NCBI GenBank assembly: GCA_964276515.1
Contig: OZ193910.1
Location: 4,340,001-4,404,000 of the forward strand
Length of the DNA stretch: 64,000 bases
Direction: 5' to 3'
DNA from: Gordius albopunctatus
Taxonomy: Eukaryota
Both the position numbers and the translations under genes were made by a program. Under the pieces are notes generated by a model, which saw nothing but the letters and a program-made list of their open reading frames with translations, ran no database searches and was not told the origin of the DNA. Positions 23,370-38,300 of this stretch are shown here, piece after piece; the stretch's first letter is position 1, and each line of letters opens with the position of its first letter.

Positions 23370-26300
23370 ATGGAACTCTGGCCCCAACTTATGGTAAATT
23401 TTGTCTTTATATATGTTGTGCTTAGGATAAATATCGTGCTGCTACTCGATTTTTGTGTTGTAAAAGTTACTTTCACACGACTTTAGGACGTAGATATGCT
23501 ATTTAACATGATACTTGTATATCATTGGTTTTGATATATTTCGCTTTTAATAATAGTTTTATAGTTTTTTTTTGAATTCAATAGCTTCTATGGTATAAAA
23601 AAATTACATACACGACTAAAAAATATTAAAAACGCGCTCAAACTAAACGGATGGCATTGATCCGTGAAATTTAATCATTTTCAAATTTCAACTTATAATA
23701 TAATCTAGCATGTGAGAACAAAGTAAAAAACCAATTTTTCGCCATGCCTTTATTACTTGATCCAGCTGGGTCAACAATAGCTTGACGCCATCTACACTGC
23801 AATAAATAATAGAAATTTAAATAAGATTTATTAATATCAAGTTCGGTCACAAAATATATTTTAATACGTTCAATTTTGAGGGGTATAAATCATAATTAGG
23901 TTTTTGGCAAAAATAACTGGTTTGAATCACGCGACGAGGAAGTTGCAATCTGAGATTTGGGATTAGCGCTCGACGCTGTGAAAACCCTATTACCACCTAC
24001 TTGTGCTGTGCAGCAATAGGGATCTATTTTAAGCTTGAACCATAATGCCGACATTAAAATATTATTATGTATATGTAGTAAGAAAAATCACAAATAGGCG
24101 AGATTGCGGCTTAAAGGGAGAAATTTGCCTCTATCGCCTATAATAGATTACTTAAGTGCACATGAGGTTCTGGTATCTACCATATTAATTTCTAGCCGGG
24201 CTACTTAAGTATGCCTTGAGGAAGGAGATCTAATTAAACAATCAGTTTTGCCGAGAACCTTAGAAGACTTAGTCTATGCTCGGTTTTATGAACATTTAGT
24301 GATTTTTGTTGATAGTTTTTTTTCTGGGAGATTAGATAGCAGCGATCCCGTTAACTTAATTATCAAAAAGCTATGATATGATTAGATTGTTCAAATTAAA
24401 GTAATTTGAAGCGTTCATTACACAAGTTTTTTTGAGTACAAAATGTTATAATTCATAACCTAACCTGTTGTGGGTATCGTTGGATTGTGTATGGGGAAAA
24501 TTGGTGTAGTTAAACTTTGGCCCCGTGCTATTAATGAAAGTTTGCATCTATTAAGGTTCCACTTTAAACCTGTTCCAATTTCTAACTTCAACTTAGGGCC
24601 GATAGCCCACTCTTATTGTTAAAATCACATAATACAGTCAAAACCGTTTAATTGCAAAGCCTTGGGCCTGAATTAAAAATTCGCGATTAAACGATGGAAA
24701 AAGAGATTATATTAAATATTTATTTCTTATGCTTCGCAATAAAACTATATTTTATATAATTGTACGGTTGTTTTGGGGACTCGAAAATGTTTGTGAATAT
24801 CCGATATTGTATTGCTATTAAGCGATTTGTCAATAAACGATGCTTTTGTTAATATTATCGTTTGAAAAAAATGGCGGTTAACTTCGCGATTAAGAAGTTT
24901 CGACTGTATCGCAATGTTTGTTTATCATAGTGTTGGGAAAGCGGCGCTGGGTTCTGTTTCGTCGGCCTTCGCTTTTAGTCGCCTAAACATAAACAAAACC
25001 AAAGATTTTTTAGTCCACCCACCACCACTAGACTAGGTTTAGCCTAAATTTGAAAAACAGGCCGGAGTGCACCCTTAGTCTTAAATAAGCCAAAGGGCGA
25101 GCAAACAGAACCCAGTCGTTTTTCCAGCACTAGTTTACCAACCAAAGGCGATACTTAGTAATCTATCGCACCACCCGCCTACTGTTATTTTGAGGCGCCA
25201 CGATCATCCGATCTTAATTCTGGTTAATTAGCCACTACTACTATCCTGCCTACTCTCGCTCGCATTACTGCCCTTGGGTGTGGGTGGGAGCGGGAAATGC
25301 GTTAGCTACGGTCTGTGTACCACCCCCGGACACAAGCCCGCTAATTTACCGTGCGCCTACGACGGTCCTCCCCAGCCTCTAGGCGCCAACGATACGGTTA
25401 CTCTGAGAGAATTGTGTCCGCAATTGCCGGGTATACAGGGTAAGATCGAACTCCGTTGCCGTTAAATCGTACTCTTTTACGTTCCCCTTTTATACTGGCA
25501 CCGAGATTGGTGTTAAGGTAAAGTTGCTAGTTTATTTTGACTAAGGGTGGGCGTAATGTCCCGTTTTACTCCAGTCTCTTTTGGTCAGTATTTAGTGTAA
25601 GAAATGGAATTTGCGGTGAAGACAGGCATACGTAAAATATGATTATTTTGTCTCTGAGATATGATAATTTTACCGTTTATCTTAAGGAACGACTCGCCTC
25701 TACCTCAACAGTTCAAAAGGATATTCCCAAACGACCTGTCATTATTATAATAGGAGCTTATAACTTTGTCCTGAAAATTTGTACATCGCAATAGTCGCCA
25801 CGAACTCGAGTCTAAAGGGTTTGACGCTAGCGATCAAGTGTGCCTTTGTCCCCTGTTGCATCTAAATGTGTTGCTGCAACCCTCTTTAAGAAACACGCCT
25901 GTATCGTCCCGTCCTCTCTTTTAAATTGTCCAAGTTGTTAGTTCATATTAATACAATGTTAAGATGTAAGGATTTAAACACGATTCCGGTTGGGATTTAT
26001 ATAAAGAGGGCCGCCCCCTATTTACGACGGTGGTAACTGCGAAACGAACAATAATAAGTCTAATTAACATGCCACCCCCCAGGAGGACACAATTCAAATT
26101 AGGGATTAGTAGTTTGACCGACCAATTGATCCCTTACACACATGTAGCTATGTATGTATGTACTTTTGGTAGATGCCAATCCGGTCACGTGTTGCGATGG
26201 GGCTCAAATAAGCAATTTGAAGAGCAATATGCGCATACCAACAACCTTCTTCCAAAAGTGTCCGGCTTGCTTACGCGATTTCATCAACGTGTTTTGTTCC

Positions 26301-29300
26301 CTGACCTGCCACCCGAATCAAGCCGATTTTTTGGTCCCCGGACTTCCGGTAAGAGATGTAGAACTCGCGCGCCTACTACAATTTATATTTATTTAATTTG
26401 TTTGTCCTTGGAATAACTACTAATTTGTCATATTTAGTAGGTGACATCATTTTGGCCTGATACAGATGACCGATTCGATCGGAAATTCGGTGTTATCAAC
26501 TAAATATATTTTGTTTTTCGACATTTTAATCGATATTGAATATAGCAGTATTTATTTATATGTGCTTATTAATAAAATCTAAATGCTCTAAATGTAGTAG
26601 CATTGCCCCGTTATATAGGGTTTTATAGTAATTGATTCGATTTGCAGGGAGTTTCTATATAAATTATTGCTACATAAGTCAATTTTTGGTTAATTTCCGG
26701 CAAAAGCTTAACGTGTATCGCTTTCATCATGGTCTCTTAGCTTTCGGCTTAAATCTTAGTTCGAATTTTGGAAATATTACGCAAGAAACTGTTAAAGTTT
26801 ATTTTTTAATGTGTGTGAAAAACATTTAAATTAACTCGTGCTGGTTTATACGCAATCGGGTCCATGAGGGTAGAATTTTTTTAGAAATTTTAATAACTCC
26901 ATTGATCCTTTCTATAATGCATTTGGCTTCCTGTAATAATAATCGCAATCATCATTTTTATAATCATCCTTCCTTACATTTACATGCATTCAGGACAAGT
27001 GTTCCCAGGCCCCCCCCCCCTATTTCCCAACTTTTATTCCCAACAAAAATTCCTAATAATAATAATTATGTTCGTTGCCTACGGCGGAGCAGCTTAAAGC
27101 GTCGGGCGCTAGCGTCAAAACACCGCTGCCTCGCCTTAAATACTACGCCACCGACGACAGCGCGCGTTCCATCTACGACGCCTGCAAAGGAGTCTCCTTC
27201 CTCGGCTCCAAAGTCGTTTACATCATGTGCGGCAGTCACGGGCGAAATTGTGATTATCGCAAATTTTTCGATTTTCTCGGCCACAACAAGCAAAATCCGC
27301 TCACGATAGATTATCGTTTCGACGGACCTGACCCCGATGATAAGGACAAAGAAGTCGTCCCTCTAGATGTCCCCTTTTACCCTTGTGACAAGGGATTGCC
27401 CAACGTGAGAATCTATCCCCGGCTTGCTTTTTTTCGGCTCTTAAGATTATTTTTTATAGTAGGCAAGTGACTAAGTTTGAATCGAAGGGGGGGGGGGGAT
27501 TCTGGTTAAAGTTACTTTTTAGTTTTCTGTAATGAGGTAGCCCTGCTCCATTCTTGCCTTGCGTGAGTGGCTGCCTTTTGGTTTTATATCGAGATTCATG
27601 GTGTGGCATTATATTTGAGAATCGTAGTTTAGTTTGACTTGGGCAATAAATTAAACGTAAGACGTGCGGAGAAATCAATTTTTTCTCTTGTTAATGCGAA
27701 AGAGGTTTATTATAGTTTTAGGCATCGATTGAGGCTGCTCTCTGACATCGCAATCGAAATGTTTGTAGTTTATTTCGCGTTTATTACAAAACAAGCCCTT
27801 GACAATTTTTAAACGTGGCAAAATTATGGGATTAAATGATGCGTTGGAATTGGTTGATGAATTCGAATGATCTGACCTCTCTTTTAATCCAAATTATAAA
27901 TCCTATAAGTTCTAAACGGTCATAAAGTTTTTGCAGTGTGGATAAAATCTAGTCACATAGTTAACAAGACTTTTAATTGTCATAATTTTCATGTTATAGT
28001 TAATTTAACTTTTGAAATTTCGATTGTTCACGAACTGCCCCTTTTACGCTTTTTTACGAAAATTATAAATCTAAGGCTCCTTAACTATTTTCAAAGCGCC
28101 ACATCTATAATAGGCATGAAGTTATTGAAATTCAAGCTACTTTTAACTTTGTAAACAACTCGCATTTTATCGCGTGGTGCAGGGTGAAGCAGCTTGCGGG
28201 TGTCAAGATTGTGAAGCGGCTTGCATAGACCCCTTGCCCGCGGATCAGGGCCAAGACCCACGCCCTTGGAAAGTTCTCGGGGTGGACGGGATGATTTTTA
28301 TTATGACCCTAGTCTTCGCCTGTTTCGTCCTCATCTTTTTTGCCGCGCTCTTGTTCAAGAGCTTTCGTTTTGGAGCGTCGGGCAAGCGAGGCAGCGTCGT
28401 GGGACGCTCGTCTCCGACGCTCTTGACCAGCCCAGTGCATGGTGAATCGAACGAGCGTTTTGACGCTCATGCAACATCGCGTGACGCGATTGACGCTGGA
28501 GCGGACAAGCGTCATAAGCGTATGCCCTCCACGACCCCATCCGCCTACACAGCCGAGGCCGGCCGCGGTGGCCCCACTACTGATGATGAGGATTATGATG
28601 ATCCCGATGATGCTACTTCCCCATACGCCGCTAAAAATGGTGAGCTTCAGCGCTTTTAAACGCTCTTAAGCATTGGTGGTTAGCGTTCTAGGTAGGATTT
28701 TTAGCGTTTTGACGCTATCACACTTTAAGTAATTAGAGTTTGTGGAAAAATGAATCTCAAAATTGAGAAGGGGGAATTGTATCGATGTTTGAGATTGTTT
28801 TATTTAGAGTTTGTGTATAATTAATTATTACTTTGAACCCATTACAACTCGTTCTTTGATTTTCCATGTTTTACTGGGACCCCGCCACAAATAAACACGT
28901 GGTTACGTGCTATAAAATTTAATAGACACCCATTTTTAGTTGACTGCTAAGACTAACTTATTTTTGTAGTATCCCTGCAAACTCTTTCAAATGAATACCT
29001 AACTATCTGGGGTATTAATGCGCCCCCAGGCACCAGGTCTCTTTCCATTCACCTTCATGAGCAAAGAACTCAAAAGTTTTAACTTACTTAATTCCTAACC
29101 TTGAGATTCTTTCTATTTTTACAATTTTCTCTGGACTGTCAACCATAAAAACTGTAGTTCATCTTAATTGCGCAAGCGATTAAGATGCTTGCGAATATTG
29201 TACTATCATCGTGAATTCCAATTATGTATATATGATATGATATATATGTACAAGCCATTATTCATTAACAAACACTCGCACTATTATAAAACCAAACTTT

Positions 29301-32300
29301 ATTTTGCCTCGGGCGCCTAGGCCCTGATTCCGAACTTGGTGGAGAGCACAGCTCGGCCCTCTCCTTCATCCAGCGTAGGCGAGACCCGTTCGAACGCTAT
29401 TTCAGGCATCGATTTCGGGATTGGGGCCTGTTTTGTGCCAAATACCCCGTCACCGTTTTACTCCTGGGCGTCTTGGCTTGTGGCCTCATGTCGGCCGGCT
29501 TAGTTCTCATTCGCATAACCACGGATCCCATAGACCTTTGGTCTTCTCCCACAAGTCGAGCCCGTCAGGAGTTGGACTATTTCAACGAACACTTTACGTG
29601 ACTATCAATAGATTTCTAATTATTATATTTATTGATTTATTGAAATCATTGAGGGGGGGGGGGTATTAGGAGGTGCAGTCAGTGATCTAAAATTTACGAG
29701 AATGTCCGACTTCTAACAAGACGTCATTAATCCGATTTAGCCATAACCCTACCACCTATTTTTAATTTGCTGAAGTTGCATTCTATTCAATTTTTAACTA
29801 GGGAAAAGCTTACAGCATCATCGTTCGGAATAATAACATTTTTTGACCTTTAATGGGTACTTGAAATTTAAAGATAGCGATTTAATCTTAGCAATGGCTC
29901 AACGCTTTGATGACTTAAGCATTTTTATAATTTGAATATACTATGTGCCAAACAAGACGGTCAAAAAATCATTTCTATAAACTACGATTCATATGGGAAA
30001 TGTTGTATTGGAGCATACATTCCTTTTAATTCATATTTTAAAGAGAAATCGCCAATGTATTGATGCTTATAATACGTGCTGTACTAATTGTCTCATCGCG
30101 TCTTTCGATATTCTCAGGCCCTTTTACAGAATTGAGCAACTCATAGTTGTACCGAATGATCAGAGCAAAGCATCTTACGGCTCCAAAGAGTACGGACCCG
30201 TTTTTAGGAAGGAATTCATGGAACAAGTATGCTTATGCTTAATACGTTTCGTAACCCCCAATTTCGATATCATAATTTATAAGGTGTGCAGTCGTTAGCT
30301 GGACTTCATAAAACCCCCCTAAAATATAGTGATTATAGCTACTATTTTTATATATCTATAATCGTCGCCAGAATTTAACACGAGCATTCATTACCTGGTC
30401 GAGGCATTATTTAATACAGTTTTACTAGTTTTATATTTTAAGAACATGACTTATACCCTTCTTAACTATTACACAACCCATTTTTCACTGTTGTCAGGGA
30501 TGGTGCTTTTGTTTCCTTTACAAGAGTATCAAGCTGTTTTATAGCTACAGCATCGATGGAAGATATAACTTGAGTGCTTTGATGCCCTACATTATCAGGT
30601 TGAGCCTGCCCCACCTATTTTTTGAAACCCGCTGAGTTATACTTGATCGCTCCTCATCAAATCTTAATGAAACCGGCAACTTTTATCTTATTTTAATCTG
30701 TAAGTTTTTGAGATTTCAGAAGGTTTCTCCTAAACCTTTTTGCGAGAAGCTATTAGCTCCAAAAATGATTTATGCACCACTCTATATGGAGCAGTCAGGT
30801 ACAGGCTTATAACTAGTCGTCGCCCGTCTAAATAAATCACATCTTTGGCAGCAAATGGGGCTTTTCTTTTAAACTTAATTTTTTAGCGCACATTGTTATG
30901 CACTTGTAGGCCCTGCACCTGCAAAACAATTTGTCAGCCCTGGTGGCCAAGGAAAAAGATAACGTCACCGCCATAACCTATAACGACATCTGTTTCAGAC
31001 CCTTGGCACCCGGTAATAACAATTGCACCACCCAAAGCCTGTTTCAATATTACCAAAACTCCATCGAGCTTCTCCGCTCTGATCTACCACAAGCTCCCAA
31101 CTCTAACCAATTAAGCCACTTCGATTTTTGTTCCAAGTAATACAAATTCTGTTGATCACTTTATCTGTTTTTTGCACTATTTTTCAAAATTAATAATAAT
31201 ACAGGGTCCATGTATGTAAATGTTGGGATTCGCAATTATCACGATGCAGATAAACTTTATGTAATGATCTTTTAAAAGCCTCCATGCAAAAGTTTGATCA
31301 CAAAGTTGGACGAATGATAAAAATTGTTGTTGGATATTTTTTGTTTGCTGACATACAACTTTTTTTTGCCAAAATATGACTTTTAAAAAGTCTGAAAAAA
31401 TTATTAATTTTATCACGTAGAAATCCATTGCTTGACGATAAGGGCAAAGCGTGCTTGGCTCTTTTCGGGGGCCCAATCAATCCCTGGTTCGTTCTAGGCG
31501 GATACAAGGGTACACTATATACACGCGTTTTCATTTTTGGATTTTCGCTTTCCAAAATTGTATCCATATTTTACATCCTTATTTTTATGGGAAAATACAA
31601 GCTTTCGATTCTTTAAGTAAATATCACAATTTATTACCCCGAATTGGCACAACCCCAGAGAATTGATTTATATAGGAGCAAAAAATGAGCATAAGTAAAT
31701 TGCAAGATCCAATCCCATTTCGATCCATAACCCCCCCCCATGCCCGCTCATTAATTTAATTGGTTGACTTTTGGTTTTAGTTTACCAAACTTAAAGAGAC
31801 CAAAGGCTTGCCCGAAAAACCTTTTTGTTTTTTGTGCGTCTATTGGTCAACCAAACAAAAACCAGCCGTTTTTACAACACTAAATCTCATATATATATTT
31901 TGGCACGTGTATCGAATGTAATCATTTGGAAATAAGCCTCTATCAGGTTTTAAAATTAAATCCAAATGAAATAACAGAAGAAGAGTATGATATGGCGTCG
32001 GCGCTCGTCATAACGTTCGTAGTGAATAACGACGATGCCAATTTGGACAAATCCGAGCGGTGGGAAAAAGAATTTATCGAATTCATGCAACTCTACTCCA
32101 ATCCCCTCTTTACGGTCACCTTCCAAACTCAAGTATTTAGCACCTTTTCGCATTTGCTATACCCAACTAGCGTTCATTAACTAGTCTATATGCGAAAGCA
32201 AAGTTTGAGAGTCTTTAACAAAAGCAAAATCCATGGCTATTAAAACCGGTTTAAGTTTTTATAGTGATTATTAAAGCTAAGTTGGACAGGATGGACAGAG

Positions 32301-35300
32301 GGACAACCAAAAACGAGCCCGTAAATTGCATTTTTTGAAATGATTACCATTGTGAAAGATATGATTAGTTATATAATTTGTTTGACATATTCGTACAGCG
32401 ATCTATACAAGATGAAATTGACAGGGAAAGCAAATCTGACGTTTTCACCATTCTCATCAGTTATTTCATCATGTTCCTCTACATTTCAATAGCCCTGGGC
32501 CATTTCAGATCCTTCAAAACTATATTCGTAATTACACATATTTTTATAAAAATTAGATGTTTAGTTTTGAGTGATTTAATTTATTCGTATAATGTACGTA
32601 TAACTGGATATAATTTTATTTCTCATCATATTTTACATTGGTAATAATGATATTTATTTTTCTTTGAACGAAGCTTTCTTTTAATAAATATTTTATTAAA
32701 ATTTATAGCCTTTATTTTTAAAAACGATTCTCGTATACTAAATAAATGACTAATAAAATTTAATTTGCAAATAATAATTAATAATAATTTACAAAGATAA
32801 AATAAATGTTAATTGTTATATATCGTTCGCGTTTATAGGTCGATTCCAAATTATCGCTGGGTTTGGGGGGAGTTTTGATAGTTCTGGCCTCGGTTACAGC
32901 ATCTCTGGGAACATTCAGTTATGCTGGCATTCCGGCCACTCTCATCATAATGGAAGTGATCCCATTCCTAGTTTTAGCTGTCGGCATCGATAACGTCTTT
33001 ATCTTAGTTCAACACCTCCAGGTAATTGTTTCCAATTTTTACCAGTTTTATAAGCCTTTTTTGTTGTCGTTTTTTAAAGGCCCCTGTGGTTTTACCAAAT
33101 ATTTGCACCATTTTTTATATTTAAAATTTATTGCCCTGAAAGGTTAGAGTTTAACATGTATAAGTTACGTAAAAATAAATGGGAATAAACTTAGATGGAC
33201 GTTTGGAGGTGAGTGTGTTTTGTGTAAATTAACGTTGTGCTATTTTATTTTTATGGTTTTTTTATTATGGAAATATAGTTGGCCTAGCTGTTTTTTGACC
33301 ATTTTCCTCTTTTTTTTACCAGAAATCTCGGTTCTCTTTTTGGTGTGGCAGTTTGTCAAGTCATTTTTAATCTTAAGGGTGCTACATTAGGCGACATTTA
33401 TCTCTACGTTTAACCATATAATACTACATATCTGGCTCATAAACATTAAAGAACTATACTTTTATTTTGGCCACTTTGAAATTAGCACAATTAACGAAAG
33501 CTTGTACATATTATGGTAATTTTTGTTTAAAAGTAAAAAGAGAAGAATTAACAAAGATGGTAAAGAGTACCATTTATATTAATAATAATTTAATGCATTT
33601 CGATGGTTTTATTTAACTTTTTAGGAAATGAGAAAATGTGTAAAAATTAAAATGTACAACACGATTTTTCGTCGTTAAATTACGATACTTTTTGTAGCGT
33701 AACCCGAGGAGAGCGAATCAAACGATCGAACAGAATATAGGGAAGGTATTGGGGGATGTTGGACCCAGTATGCTGTTAACCAGCTTATCCGAATCCATCG
33801 CTTTTTTCTTGGGTACACTGTTTGCCCTATTTGTGTGCTTTGTGAGATTGTATCACCGCCATGTAGATGCCATTGCTGCATCGTTTAAACATTTAACTGC
33901 TGCCTAAATAAAGTTGTGGTCATACAAGTGGATTGCTTAAATTTGTGAGAAATTAGCCTTTCCTATATTTTAAAGTCAATCTATATATCATTTTAAAGAT
34001 TTGCGATTGTCTTACAGGTTGCTTTAGTCCCGGGTTATAATGTTGTTTGAAACAATAATTATAAATGCAAACAAACTATCTCTCTATTTTCCGCTCCTCT
34101 ATACTTGCGTGATGTCAATTAGGTGAGCGCATCTAATTGATTTTCTATAAGCACACTTAGTTACGATTTGGATAGTAGAAGCGTCATAACATTCATTTTT
34201 TTATCGATCTTTAGCAATTGACCCCTCCTGCTTATTTCACTAAGCCCACGGAAATAATAATTTTTTCTTATATCAAGTTTAAATGTTTGAACCCCTTCTT
34301 CAGCACTTGGTAAGTCGATCTTACTGTTTTTTGTGTACGATTCTCAAGGCTACCGATATAAGATATTAAAATGACTAGTTTATTACAACCTAAAACATGA
34401 TTATTACTGGTTTTGATATTGCAGGGGCATTTTCAACGATGCCGGCCGTTCAAATATTTTCCCTGTACGCTGGGCTCGCTGTTTTGTACGATTTTTGCCT
34501 GCAAGTCACCTGCTTCGTCAGTTTACTCACTCTCGATGCCCACCGATACGAGGTAGTTATGGCCAAAAAATGTATCATTTTAAGTTAATGAAAATAATAA
34601 TTTCCCATTTTTATGGAGAAAAGTAATATTATTCTACGTGTAGCAATTTCAAAGAATACGTACCACATTGTACACCTTCATATACAATTTGTTGTTGGGT
34701 TGCCTTAACACAGGGACATTTATTTTTATATCTTAAATCAGAGCGCTAAAGATAATTAAAAAATTATTATAATAGTATTTCTTCCTATTCAACGGCACCA
34801 TCAGATGGAAACGAAATGAATTGATAAATAAAAAATAAAATAATACAGTTAAATAGAGGAATGTGTAAAATTGATTCAGGTTCTCTTCACCCATCTCTTC
34901 ATTAAGTGTTGTGTTTAATCTTGTAATGAAGAAGGATTATATAGTTATTTATATTGCATAATAAATGGGGCATGGTGGCTTATTAATTTGACAAAATAAT
35001 TCCCGTTCGTTTCACCTTGATCGGTTGTTATTATCATTTTAACGATGGTCTGATAGTTGAAAAGATTGAGCTCGATGTATTTCGGGAAATAAACATTAGG
35101 GTATTCGCGAAGATATATCGAATTTTTCGAAATGAACTCTAATTCTCTCTTAGTTGTAGTTGAATAAAGTATCTTTAACAGTTTCTTATCTTATTGCATC
35201 ACAATTCGATATCTAGTAATATAAATGTTTTGAACATTTGCGAAAGTATCTAAAAAATGCTTATAAACCGGAACGTTCATCCTTAATTTTTGTTTTAACA

Positions 35301-38300
35301 TTGATTAGGCTAAAAGAAATGACGTTTGTTGCTGCGTTCCACCCCTCAACATATCCGAAGATCTCAATAACGACGCCTCCAAAGGCTTGCTCTACGTTTT
35401 CACTCAAAAATATTATGCGCCCCTGCTCCTCAACAAATGGATGCGACCCCTCGTAGTAAGCATCTTCTCGCATGGCCGTTGCCAGGATTGGAATTAGAGG
35501 GGGGGGGCAGAATGATAATTTCTCGAAATTTTAGCCATAATTTTAATAAATGTCAGTAAATTTTAGGATTTACACGCACCTATTCCTATGACTAGCACCG
35601 ATTATTATTTCATTTCGATCATTTTAAACTGCCACTTTTTTGATTGGTTATTTTTTCAATGGGTCACAACGCAACGTGATCCTGACTATAAGGCGGACAA
35701 TCTAAAGTCGTTCAAGCGTTTTTTATAAAGGCCACTTCCCTTGGGTAACCGTAAATATTTGTATAACATACATTTCAAACTTCTTGTGTAACGCGCTACT
35801 TGAATCAAACGATTTGTACTTGCTCCATTAAAGGTGGTCGTTTTCGCTGCTTGGTTTTGCGCCTCGATCGCGCTCTTGGCCAAAGTTGAGGTTGGCTTGG
35901 ATCAGAAAGTTTCCATGCCTCACGTAAGAAAACGGTTGATTTCCCATATAAATGGATATAGCTTTTGGTATCTTTCCAATAATACTTGTAGTGCGGTTAA
36001 TAAGTGTTTTAACCGGCTATTACATTCCACCCTGATTAATCTTATATAATTTAAAAACGTATGCATTTGTGAATCGAAATAGTATTTTTAGCTAAATGAC
36101 ACCTCCCTCTCATCTAATCACGTCCCAATACTCATTCTCCATTAACTTTCCCCTTCTATCCTTGCTAATACATTCATTCCCCCTTTCACACAAAGGACTC
36201 CTACGTGCTGAAACATTTCACCTACATGGACAACTACCTCATGGTCGGCCCTCCGGTCTATTTCGTAGTTAAAAATGGTGGTTCACCACCTAAACTCAAA
36301 ACTCTTGCCCCTACCTTCGGTGCCGATAGCAACGGAACTTTGGATAACTACTTGGACCTCACGAAAAAAGCCGACCAAAATCTGTTGTGTTCCAGCTCGG
36401 GTTGTGATAAATACAGCTTGAGCAATTTGATCAATTGGCATTCCCGTTACCCCAACATAAGCTATTTGGCACCGCAGCCACCCTCCTCTTGGATTGACGA
36501 TTATTTGGCCTGGGCCTCTCCCGGCTCCGGGTGCTGTAGAATCGAGCCCGGCGGGGTGCTTTTTCATTATTTCCATGACGATTTTCTTATCTGATAATAG
36601 GCTTGTCCGTGTTTCGAAGTGTTGTAAAAACGACTGGGAAAAACCTTTGGTCTATTTAGGCGACTAAGAAAAAGAGGACAATAAATCTTTGGTTTGCTCA
36701 TGTTTAGTCGACTAAAATCAAAGGTCAACTAAACATAACCCAGCCGTTTTTACAGCACTAGTGTATGGGAAAGGGGGTTGAAGTTTGGTCGTTACATTTG
36801 GATTATTTATTTGTGGAATCTTTAATTTCTATTATGTTTATTTTGTACTATGCATACTTTTGACTTTGCTGGATATCCTACATTGGAATGTTTGTATTTA
36901 ATCTGATCACCACTACATTAAGTATGTCCCTAATCTCATCCAACATGCCAGATTTTAGTTGACATTTTCATAACATAAAAGCGTTGACTGGTGATTTGTG
37001 CTTATTACTACCATTTTACCCAAAAGTTATATTTTTAAATTAACTACTAAACATGCAATGCTTATTTTTTTATATTTTGCGTTCAATTCAAAATTCAGGG
37101 CAATGCATCTATCGACGTTAGCAAATTTTGTCCATCAAGCAAAATCGACGATTCGAAATGCGTTAAGTGTCCAATCCACATGGATGACAGCCATTCCCGA
37201 CCCATAGGCAACGATTTTTTCCTCTACCTAAATTACTTTTTAGCCGATAGTCCTACCACGAGTTGTCCCAAGGGGTAATCTTCGATTTTAGCCATACGAT
37301 GATTGTGTTTTTTGAAATTAGTTTGCAACGAATTTAAGCTTTGATATTATAAATTTTTGGTATTATATAGTAGCCAGGATGGGAGTTGGAGAGGGTAATA
37401 ATGCTTTAGGGAGGCGCAAAATTATAATATTCTCGTTTAGTCATAATTTTATTAAATTGGAAGGAATTTTCGCGCCTCCCTGGCTCCCCCTGGCTACGTT
37501 CATGATTATATTTGCAATTATACATGAAGATTACTTGGTCAGTATCGTAATATAGTGACTTGGTTTTTTGGTAAAAGAATGGTATAATTGGATCTTATTT
37601 GCTTGTCTTTTGTAATAGTAAATATAATTGCTATGAATTTAGTTGTGACCTGTCTACCTTGTGTATTATTTATTATAACTATTATGCTTCTTCGGTAAAA
37701 GGGGTAAGGCAGCTTATCAGCACGCAGTCAAAGTGACGGGAATGCCACCAGTGCTACAAAGTAAATCTCCTTCCCTCATTTATCGCACCCAATTATATAT
37801 TTTACATGTTATAAAGGGCATCTTACAGCCTTTTTATTCCCTTGTTTTTGGAGTAGAGCGGAAAGATCTGTATCAAAAGTGTTTTTACTATTCTATGCAT
37901 AAAATATACGCGAGTAAGCTATAAGTTTGGAATTATGAAGGTTTTTTTAAGGGAAATTATACTGATCTTATATTTGTGATGAATAATGCTTGGTGTTTCG
38001 CTTAGCTTCTCATTTCATGGCTTACCACACGGTTTTGAAAACGTCGCACGACTACATCATGGCCCTGAGACACGCCCGCAATTTGGCTGAAAATGCCACG
38101 CACTATTTGCGTTCCCAAAAAGGTGGATGGCAGAAGGCTAAAGATATCGAAGTTTTTCCCTACAGGTCAACTCAATTTTTTATTACATAATTTCCTTTTT
38201 TTTCGTTATGAGTACTTTCATTTTTTATATTTAATCTTGATTGCTTATTTTACGGTTAATATGATGTGTCCTGCGAATATTGTTAAAAATATTGATTGAT

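Noticed and set aside
26994..27056. Alternative NPC1 acceptor at CAG 26993
   Set aside because: It runs into in-frame TAA codons at 27054. The 27090/27093 acceptor fits homologue length.
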